DNA from: the human T2T-CHM13v2.0 reference genome, Homo sapiens | DNA length: 64,000 bases | Direction: 5' to 3' (one strand) | Assembly (NCBI RefSeq): GCF_009914755.1 | Contig: NC_060925.1 | Part shown: in pieces, positions 53,886 to 64,000 of the stretch | Numbering within the stretch: the stretch's first letter is position 1 | Layout of the letters: each line of letters starts with the position of its first letter | The notes under the pieces: model-generated | The model's database searches: none | What the model was told of the DNA's origin: nothing | The model's input: only the letters and a program-made list of their open reading frames with translations | Position numbers and translations under genes: made by a program

Positions 53886-55059
53886 TGGGGAACTATGGAG
53901 GAGGTTAATGGTGAAGATGCAACAACTAAACAGTAAATGAGGAAAGAAGTGCTTGGATTCGACTGAAATATGTAGAACTGTACCCTTTGAGGAGGAAGGA
54001 GAAAGGGAAGGGTGGAAATTAACTGTTGAAGAATGAGTTTTGAATAAAGAAAAATCTGAGCCAATCAGTCAGGCAATATTGAAATTTTTGTGCCCGGTCT
54101 GACAAATTGGAGTGCATCTATCAGAGGGTGGTGAAGATGGTGGGAAATTGACAACCATTTACATGATGAGGAATTGATTAATTATTTTGAAAAAGAAAAG
54201 GAAGGAATGAAGAGGTAGGAAGGAAGCATGGGGAAGGGGAAAGAACATACCAGATGAAAAGTTACCATGAGAGGGAGAGTATATAGTATATTTATTTTGA
54301 ATGTACAATGCATTATTTTTATAGTATATTTGGGGTTATCTTGGTAGGAAGAATATATATTTATTTTGAACTAATCACAGTAAATAGCTATAGTACATCA
54401 AATTTCTAGATCAATAAAAGAAAAAAACTTAATTTGTTCAGAAAATAGGGTGTTTTGTGTGGTATTGAACATAAAGTCCCTTGAGTGTTCAAGCAAAGCC
54501 TGATGATGACTTCTCAGGAGTGTTACAGAACGTTTAAAAAAACTTGTATTAGGGCTAATGGGGATGGTAAGTTTGAAGTGCCTAGATACAAGAAGAGTTT
54601 CTCTGGCATTCCTACCTATTGTTTAGATGTTAAGCTGTATTGTATGTAACACTTGAGACGTGAGTATGATATAGTATTTAATGCAAGCAGAGGCTCAACA
54701 AATGTTGAATGCACGAAGCAATGAATGAAAGTATAACTTAATGAAAGGAAACCCTAGCCGAATATGTAGTCAGCTTATTAATGTTATTAAGAGCAAGAGA
54801 GCTGCAGAGTTAAAACCTGCTACCTTATGCAGATTTGGGATTCAGCAGGGAAAATCAAATATCAGTCATATATCAGGAAAAAAGAGATATCAGCATTGAT
54901 CCTCATAACTAGGAGCCTGGTTAAATTTTTAGGAAGAAAAACTGGGAATTTCTCCCCATTTAGATGAATTTGTTTGTTTTTCAAGCAAGAGACTAGTAAA
55001 ACCAAATTCTTGGATCAGGGCTGTTATATGAAAGCACTATGGTAAATTAACTGCATTGA

Positions 55060-55409
<350 letters not shown>

Positions 55410-56692
55410 GAGACCAGTTTTCAATTTAGAACATGAGGTTATATGAGACACTATAAAAGTATTAATGAACAGTATAAAAGATGAGAAATTCTAAGATCAT
55501 AAGTACTGCTCTGAGCCTTGAAACATTTAAAAGATAGCACTGAATGAGGTTATCTGAATCTGTAGAATTTACACCTGCAAGCCATATTCTGAAGGGATCC
55601 TGGATACTGGTTGCTAACTTTTAAAGCCATCAGGCTCAGAATAAAAATGCTTTAGAGTAGCTGGTAAAGATCCTGAAGTAACTAAATAAAAAAGGGAAGC
55701 CCAGCATCACTTACTAATGAAGATGTACAATTGCAGTTGATCAGTTGTTCAAGAACTGTAAATTATGTGGACATCATAAATGAAGAGAGAAGAATATAAA
55801 AATGTCAGCAATATGTTATAACTAACTTAGTCCATAGAATAGTGTGTATACCGGAATAGTGTGTATCCAGGAAATAGAAGTAGGAAACCAAAGTATCAGG
55901 GAAAAGGAGAAGGACTTTATAAATATACTTAAAATTGTCAAATGAGGCTAATGTAACACTTCACACTGGGTACCAGTATTGGAAGTGGTAGCAGGAGCAG
56001 CAGTAGTAATAGCAGGAGCAAAACACATAGCACTTCCCACATGTGAGATGCTATTCTCAGTATTTCACACCTACTAACTCTTTTAAGCCTCCTAACATGA
56101 GCATTAAACACTATGAGACAGTGTTGCATGATGAAATAAACTGGGGAAAACTCTAGATAAACTGTCACTTTCCTAGAAGGGAATACATCATACTAGCAGC
56201 ATTTCTTATATATCTGTTTGACAAAAGAAATCTTTTCATGGTACTTCTCACAGGGCTAGAGATTCCTGGAATACTCCATTGGAGATATTGATCTGATATT
56301 TGTAAAAGGGGTTTGAAAAGTAAGAGTGTCCTGTTAATCATCAAATTATTGAATTTCAGAATTCTTAGGTTCTCTTATTCCATATAAAATATTTAATACA
56401 ATGTTTCAGACAAATGGTCATTCAAGTATTGTTTAGGAGCCTGCATTGGCTAGAAGTGCAGTCTCTCAGAAAGATAAGGCATTTCACCATGGAAAGGCAA
56501 TACAATTCATTGAAAACACTTTTTTTTTGTATTAAAGTAGTGTTTTTCTTGTATAAATCTCATTCACTGACTGCCTGACTGCTGTAATAATGTAAAGTCC
56601 TCTTATAACTCCAAGTTACAAAATGACAAAAAGAAAAATTAGAATAAGGATGGAAAATTTTAGAGAAAAGTTTAAAATTAATACAGTGGAAC

Positions 56693-57143
56693 TGCAGTGG
56701 GTCGAATGGTGGCCCTTCAAAAAGATATGCCCACCCAGGACCTGTGAACCTGTGAATGTGACTTTATTTGAAACAGGGGTCTTTGCAGATGTAATTCAGT
56801 TAAGGATCTCATAATGAGATCAAGCTGTATTTGGGTGGGCCCTAAATCCAATGACAGGTGTCCATAAGAGAAAAGAAGGGACAATGATACACACAGAAGG
56901 TGACGTGAAGACCAGCAGAGACTGGAGCGGTGCATCTATAAACCAAGCCATGCCAAGGATTGCCAGTAGAAACTGGGAGAGGAGCATGGGAGGGATTCTC
57001 CCTCAGAGCCTCCAGGAAGAATTAGCCCTGCTAACACTTTGGTTTTCAACTTCTGGCCTCCAGAAGGGTGAGAGAGTAAACTTCTGTTGTTTTAAGCCAC
57101 TTGGTTCGTGATAATTTTATAGCAGTACTAGGAAACCAATATA
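56693..57143 (+). mobile_element. MLT1C/D (MaLR) LTR
   Basis: gaatggtggccc...tgtgaatgtgactttatttg...ttctgttgttttaagccac...taggaaaccaata. Confidence 0.88.
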
Positions 57144-58019
57144 ATGAGATTAAAACAAATATTTAAATTACCAGAATAAAATTAGATCATATCAAACCCA
57201 ATTGCAAAATGACCGAGGAAAAGATGACAAAAAAACTGAGGATACAATAAAATCAGAAAATAAAGGCAGGTGAATATGGGAATGCTGAATTAAAAGGGCA
57301 AGGGAGAAACTAAGTTAAGTGGATGGTTAGGAACCTGTACGAAGGAGATAATAAATATTGTCTCTATTCTATTGTAATATAACTAATAAATAGTAGTTAA
57401 GGAATTATTAGGATGTTTAAGGAATTATCAGGAATAAGAATGCTACTTTATGTTCTACTGAGTTAAATAAATACGACACAAATTATCCAAGTTTCTGTTT
57501 CTACCCAAAATACTGACTAAAAATGAAGGATAAGCATGTTGTTGGATGGTGAATAGAATAATGGGGACAGTGGGTGACAGGAAAGAGACCACACCCAGGG
57601 AGAGACAGCCTAGGCTCTGTTCTGGCTTCTACTTCTTCCTGCAAGGTCAAACTTATGGCTCCAATGACAAAAGTAGCCTTTGTCAATCTTTGAAGAATTG
57701 CTACACTATTTGTCACCACACTGAAAGGAACATGCTGATCTACACTTTGTTTTCAAACTCACCCATATTCCCATGCTTTTCCAGTTTCAACTTAGCACTC
57801 TAATATCTGCTGTGTCTCCTGTGAACCTTAGACTCTGACTTCTCTTATTTAGCCCCTTCTGAGGCTATTTCATGCAAGGCATGTGCAAAAGTACAATTGA
57901 GAATGACAAGCAAAGGGTCCTGGCTTCTAGGGCTCCAGCAAACAATGCACCAGAAGAAATTAAGCCTATATACAAATGCCTATAATTCTCACATCACTAT
58001 ATTCTATGTGAACTATGAA

Positions 58020-58975
58020 ATGGAGTATTAATGATTCATAAAATTCTACCTTCAATCCAGACCACTCTCCTCAGTGCCAGCTGCATCCTGAACCATTGAA
58101 TATCCGCAGGTACCTAAACACTGTGCAAAACTGAATATATTCTCTTTTCTCTTAAATCTGTTCTATCTCTTCTGTTTCCTGGATTGTTAATGGTTTTATC
58201 ACTTGCCAGTTGTCCAAAGCAAATACTTATGTACCATACTTGTACTAATTTGATTTCAAATCCTTTATCCAATCAACTCAACCTCTAAGATATACGCAAA
58301 CCTGCCACTATCCTTCTCTGCTGTCACTATGCAACTCATGTTCAAAGCATGCTTATCCCTCTCACGGACATCTGCAATAGCCTCCTAACTCATCTTCCCT
58401 CTGTGCATGCCTCCCTCTAGGCCACTCCTCAGGAACAGTCAGTGGTCTTTTAAGACAATGTAAATTAGTTCATGCCATTTTCTGTCTGTAAAACTTCAAT
58501 ACTTTCCTAGTGCAAATATCAGAATCCACTTACTATACTCACAACACATTGGTCCTTTTTCAGTTCCTTAAAAATATGAAGTTCTCTAATGCTTATGAAC
58601 CTTCACACAAACGACCTCTTTGCTATGCAGGTTCCCTATTGGCCACCACCCCACACCCTGTCAGCTCTTGTAGATCCTTTAAGTTTAGCCTGACTGTCAC
58701 TTCTTCAAAAAGCCCTTCTCTGACCCTGAAGGCTAAATGGCCCTGCTCCCATTTCCTTGCACTTATGCTTCAGCTTCATAAGGATTATCAAAATTTGTGA
58801 TTATTGAAGGTGTTTGTTTTTGTCTGTTCTTGTTCACCAGATTGTGTATCTTATTCACTATTATAATTCAAGTATCTAGCACAAGGCCTAGCACATACTA
58901 AGTACTGAAAATATTTTCAGGATAAAGGGATGAATGAATGAATGAATGAATAAATGAATGAATGAATGAATGAAG
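58020..58975 (+). mobile_element. L2 3' region with (TGAA)n tail
   Basis: aaactgaa...gcaatagcctcctaact...tctagcacaaggcctagcacata...(tgaa)n. Confidence 0.78.
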
Positions 58976-59169
58976 CAAATCCAATGAGGTCACAGGTAAG
59001 GAACGGATGGCTTCAAATATGATCTGTTCAGTACATGCTAGTGTTCCACACGTCCTGAAATCAATGGACCAGACGCTTCTATGTCTGAAGCAGGCAAAAG
59101 AAGGACACTGTCACTACCTCCCAATTCTTCAGATATAGCCAGCAAATGGGATCATCTCCACAACTGAAA

Positions 59170-60000
59170 ACTTCTATTCTGAAATATTTCAGACTTAAAG
59201 TAGCAAGGAGAGCAAAAGGAATTCCCACATATTTTTCATTCAGACTCCCCAAATGTTAACATTTTATGATGTTTGCTTTATCAATCTATGTATTTTTCCT
59301 GAGCCACTTGAGAATAAATTGCAGACATAATGCCCCTTATTGCTAAATACTCAGCACACGTTCCTGAAAAACAAAGGTATTCTCTTCTCTTATATAACCA
59401 CAGTACAATTATCAAAAGCAGAAAATTGCATTGATGCGGTACTATTTTTTAATCAAGAGAATTTATTCAAAATTTGCCAATTGTATCACATCTTTTATAG
59501 CAACATATATACACACATATTTTATAACATATACAAAATATGTTACTATACACACACACATATATATACATACGTGTGTGTGTGTGTGTGTGTGTATGTA
59601 TCTTCCCAACCCCTGTTCTAGGATTCAATCCAAGACCACATGTTATATGTAGTTGTCACATCTCTTGGTCTCCTTTAATCTGAAACAGTTCCTCAGACTT
59701 TTTCTTTAATGACACTGAAGGTTTTAGAGTATAGACCAATTATTTTGCAGAATGTCTTTTAGTTTGGGATTGTCTGATGTTTCCTCATGATTAGATTCCA
59801 CTTATGCTTTTTGGGGACAATAATACCACCAAAGTGTTGGTTTGTCCTGCTTGGAGCATTATATTAGGAGGTACATGATATTTATTTGTCCCATTATTAG
59901 GGATGTTAACTTCAATCACTTGGTTATTACTATTACCCTTTTGTAATTAATAAGTTCTTACAGAAGATACTTGGATATTATATAAATATAGTGATAGCCA
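59170..60000 (-). mobile_element. L1MC-type fragment containing a CA/TG microsatellite
   Basis: tctgaaatatttcagactt...gggattgtctgatgtttcctcatgattagattc...gatgttaacttcaatcacttgg; (TG)n at ~59574-59595. Confidence 0.72.
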
Positions 60001-60199
60001 TTTAAAAAAATTACCCAACTCTACTCTGTGGCCCAACTAATTCTCTACAAATAAAAACTTGGCAAAATATTTAAGGTCTGCTTATGGGTCACAAAATAGC
60101 TAAACATACAACTTTTCCTAATGCACCAATCTGTTAACATTACCTTACCTGCTTCTCTCATGCAAACAAAGGAAAAAACCTAAGATGCTATTTTTAAAA

Positions 60200-60310
60200 G
60201 AACATTATAAAATCTCTAATTTCATTCCTCATTCATCAGATGAGAAAGCTAAGGTCCAGACAGGCTAAGTGACTCGCCTAAGGTCAGACAGCTACTCTGG
60301 CAGACCTCAA
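60200..60310 (-). mobile_element. MIR core
   Basis: cagatgagaaagctaagg...aagtgactcgcctaaggtcagacagc. Confidence 0.7.
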
Positions 60311-61689
60311 AATAATTATGTGTTCATTGTAGAGCAAGAAATGCAAAAGTCAATTTAATGCCCTTCAAATATACAAGCCCTACAGGTAAACCTAAAGCAA
60401 TCTAAGGCAGGTTTGAGATGACCATTTTGGAAAATAATGGGATTTTTACAAAGATCCATAGAACATCTTTCATGGAGTCACTGAAGTTTCTAGAGGAAGC
60501 CCAAGAGCTCCCTGCTATGCCTGAGTTCTCTCTTTGTTCTTTTTCTTTCTCTCTTTTCTTCTCCCTTAGAAATGCTCTTAAGTCATTCCAAAGACAAAGA
60601 TAAAATCCCATCACTCTGGGAGAGAGGCTGAGAGACAGCCTACAATGGGCCCCTAACTTTAAAATGTTATGCTCCTTGCCCAATACTTTGGACACTTGCT
60701 TAATTCTAATCAATATCTTTTTAGATGTTACTTTGAATTTGCATAAGATAGTCCTGTCATAATCTTATCACATTGTACATACTTGAAAAAATAATTGGTA
60801 AACATTCTACGAACATTCTAACCTAGAGTAGCCCAAAAGTAAGTGGCCACTACAGTGCCCTGGGGCTTTCTTTTCCAAGGTGACTAGATTATTTAAAAAT
60901 AATAACAATAATAAACAGCAGGTTTCAGGAGTTGAAGTTCTATTCTCAACCTCTACTCAGAACACAGAATGGTTCCAAGCTTTACCTTGCCTGCTCTGTA
61001 TCCTCCAAGGACTTTTAGAAGTAATGGAGATGCCATTTCTGTCCAACCCAGTATCCCAAGGTAATAATGCTTGGCAAATGTTATTTTTAGATGATAGCAG
61101 CATACCTAAAGCTATGAACCAAAGGTAAGCAATATGAAGACATCTTGCACAATCTTTCTATACAAACATGCAGCATTTCCTCCTTACCACTTCCTGGGAT
61201 GTATAAAATGCATAAAAATAGAAGCAGTCTTTCTTTAAGGGTGAGCTTTTATCAAGACTTGGTATAAAAATAAGCAAGTTATATTTAAAAAATCATAAAG
61301 GCAAAGATGTACATTGCTATGAGTCATAATTAGTAAATGTATTCAAGCCTTAGAAATATAGGAAAGTGCTGTGTTAGAATAAGAGTTAGAAGTAGCAGCA
61401 GTAGTAGAGGAAGTAGAAGTTGTAGAGTCAGCAGTAACTTTTACTGTTTACCATGTAAGAGCACTATGCTAAGTGCTTTATATAGAACACCTCATTTAGT
61501 CCTCAGAACCATCTTAGTCTTCCTCTAACTTTATACAAAGTTAGTATAAAGTAAATAAAACACTGGAATGGTATCACAAATTTGATCTAAGATTGTAATC
61601 CTTCTTTGCAGTAACGAATGACTAATCTTGGAGTGTTAACCACTGTGCAATCATTACCAACCTACACCCCTTCTCTCCTTTTGAGTTGC

Positions 61690-61890
61690 TTTACGAGGGA
61701 GATCTTACCTGACCACTCTATATAAAAATATGAAACTCCTCCAAACCAGACTTGCCTGAGTTTCCCCATTGAAATGTAAACTCCATAAAGGCAGGAACTT
61801 TGTCTTCTTAATTGCTATATCCCAGAACCAGAACAGTGCCTTGTATGTGTTAGGTGTTTAATATATATCTGTTTAACGAATGAATGAATA
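61690..61890 (+). mobile_element. L2 3' end
   Basis: aatgtaaactccataaaggcagg...gaacagtgccttg...gaatgaatgaat. Confidence 0.75.
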
Positions 61891-63728
61891 ATTGATGAAC
61901 AAAACCAAACTATAACAAATATAAAATTTTCAATGAATTGTTTGCTTTCCCTTCACAATTACAAAAAAAAAGTTTTAGTGGCTTGATTCAAGTTGTCAGA
62001 ATCTCTTAAAAAGACTGGATAGGGAAGTTTGAACTCATGAGTTTATTTGCTGAAAAATTTATCTGGGGCTAGCATGGATATTCAAAGACATTCTACTGGC
62101 TATGCTTTTTTTTAAGAAAAAGTCCTGTAATTCCCTTCTTAGTTGTCAAACAAGTTGAGCATTAAATACTTCATTAAACATGAGACATAATTTTAAGTTA
62201 GACAACTTCATTCATTGCCGGGCTACATTCTCTGAGTACCTCCATGTACTAAACACTAAGGAATCGGCTGGGAGTGAACCACAGAGTGAAATATGAGGGT
62301 TAGTGACCTTCCTACCTAATATGGGACATCTGTTCTCCCTGTCTGCCCCACTTCTCCCTCCTAGGCTCTCTAGAGCTAAGTGAACAACTCAAACAGGATT
62401 TTTCATCTAACTGACCTCCCTGGCAACTTTTATTATCTCTTGCTGCTGGGAAGGCAAAGAAACAGAGCTTCGAAAATTACATGTTTCATGCTGGGGGAAA
62501 TGTCATAGCTTCAACAGAGTTTTAAGATATTGGTAGGAAAATTGTTTTTTTGGAGAAAACTTCCATTTTTGAATGAGCAAAAATTATGCCTATTTGAGAA
62601 TCTAAAATAATCAGGTAATCTTGGGCTAAAAAATAACACCATAAAATCTAATAGGTGTTTAAAGTTTTAACATAAAGTTCGCTCTACTTTCATTGCACGA
62701 GCTTAGGCATACATCATTGATCACTGTGAGGAAAACATATATTAAGTTACTTAAATAAAAAATATGTCAGTTGATGTGACAGATTGTTTGTTTACTTGAA
62801 TTGAAATGTATAAAACTTCACTGATGTTGTTGAAACCCAGAGCATTACCTGTTCCCCTTTCAGTTTCTGCTTTCAAGGAAAAATATAAAGTTATATTAAA
62901 CCGACGCAAATTCTGTTTTCAAATACCTCTAGATATCCCAGTGTTGCTTAGGCTAAAGATTCTAAGAGTAATGAAATTGTATTCACTTCTTCCCCAAAAC
63001 ACTTATTTAAAAAAAATAAAGTGATATCAGATTAAGAAAATAAAATCACACCTTCTTGATGACATTTTTCAATTTTTTTGTTACATGCTCTATCTCCAGG
63101 AAGATTATGTAACATTAAACGATGAGAGAAAAGGTTTTCGACTTAGACTCACAGTCCAACCATAACATGCTTTTGTTTGCATGCTAATCTTTTGTGATTA
63201 GTTGTAGCACACAGCTCATTCTGAAAGAAAGTGGCCAATGTATGGTTTTAGAAATACTAGCATCCAAAAAAACACATTAGTAATGTCAAAATTCTTAAAG
63301 TAGTCATTGAAATAGACCATAAGCAGATTTGAGATACTAGGCTAACTGGAGAGCTGTGTACCAGCCCTGCTTAAATACTATTACTCAAACAGAATTATGA
63401 CCTCACACATTACATGTAAGTTAAAAAGAGTTTAGTTAATATAAAAGTCAATGAAAAGTATGAAATGTAAATATTAGCATATCTTTTACGTTTCTGCTGG
63501 ATTTTTGGACATAAACATAATTTTTAATTTGCCATAAAGATCTATAATTAGACATGTTCACAAGCCTGTTGGTCCATCTGACTCTGCTTAACTCCAGAAA
63601 AGAAGTCCTTGCTCATGCATTAGCGCATCCATTGGTTATATTTTAAAATTTGGAAGGAAGATGTTTAATGTTATTGTGCCCCTAATTTTTAAGTGACAGC
63701 AAATTGTATTCTCAATTACAATACTTAC

Positions 63729-63858
63729 AGCTGTTGCCTGCTCTATTACCCCTCTGTCCAGCTGAATGTTCTGGCTCCTTGTATGGAAACTGCAGAGTTG
63801 TATCTAAGGTTCTGAACCCTTCCTTGAGAGAATGATGCTTGTAGTACTCCACAAGTTC
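63729..63858 (-). CDS. VAV3: VAV3 third-last coding exon (end of SH2 domain and linker)
   Basis: Minus strand ttttttccaaAG|GAACTTGTG...AACAGCT|GTaagtat; 130 nt translating ELVEYYKHHSLKEGFRTLDTTLQFPYKEPEHSAGQRGNRAGNS plus 1 nt; matches the recalled VAV3 protein; phase-1 end fits the next exon. Confidence 0.96.
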
Positions 63859-64000
63859 CTTTGGAAAAAAGAATCCAACATATTTTTGATAAGGATACTT
63901 TTGTTCTCAAACACATGAACTCCTGAGCACATAAATACAATAAGGATGACCAATTTAATGCTAAATTTTCCATAGGTATATGGAAGATTAAGCAAATGAT

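Overview
Primate (very probably human) genomic DNA, not prokaryotic. The right 25 kb holds the 3' end of VAV3 on the minus strand: three constitutive coding exons (63729-63858, 41578-41729, 40862-40903) for the end of the SH2 domain and the C-terminal SH3, a ~2.2 kb 3'UTR ending near 38690, and an in-frame 84-nt cassette exon (43911-43994) with a downstream YCAY (NOVA-type) cluster. The left ~36 kb is repeat-rich intergenic DNA (L2, MIR, L1, Alu, MaLR/ERVL LTRs, MER DNA transposons). The most unusual structure lies ~30 nt past the VAV3 poly(A) site: a 2.6-kb unit (36046-38655) made of HERV-L pol, an antisense 28S rRNA fragment and the last 17 nt of an MLT2 (HERV-L) LTR. It has TG...CA ends, a 5-bp target-site-like repeat (GGGAC/GGGAT) and microhomology at the internal joins, which suggests an endogenous retrovirus that captured rRNA. 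Also present: a twin-primed (5'-inverted) L1PA, a 45-bp local templated copy, a 63-bp tandem duplication and several fold-back scars. Repeat family names and the gene identity come from recalled consensus and protein sequences, not from database searches; boundaries of old repeats are approximate.
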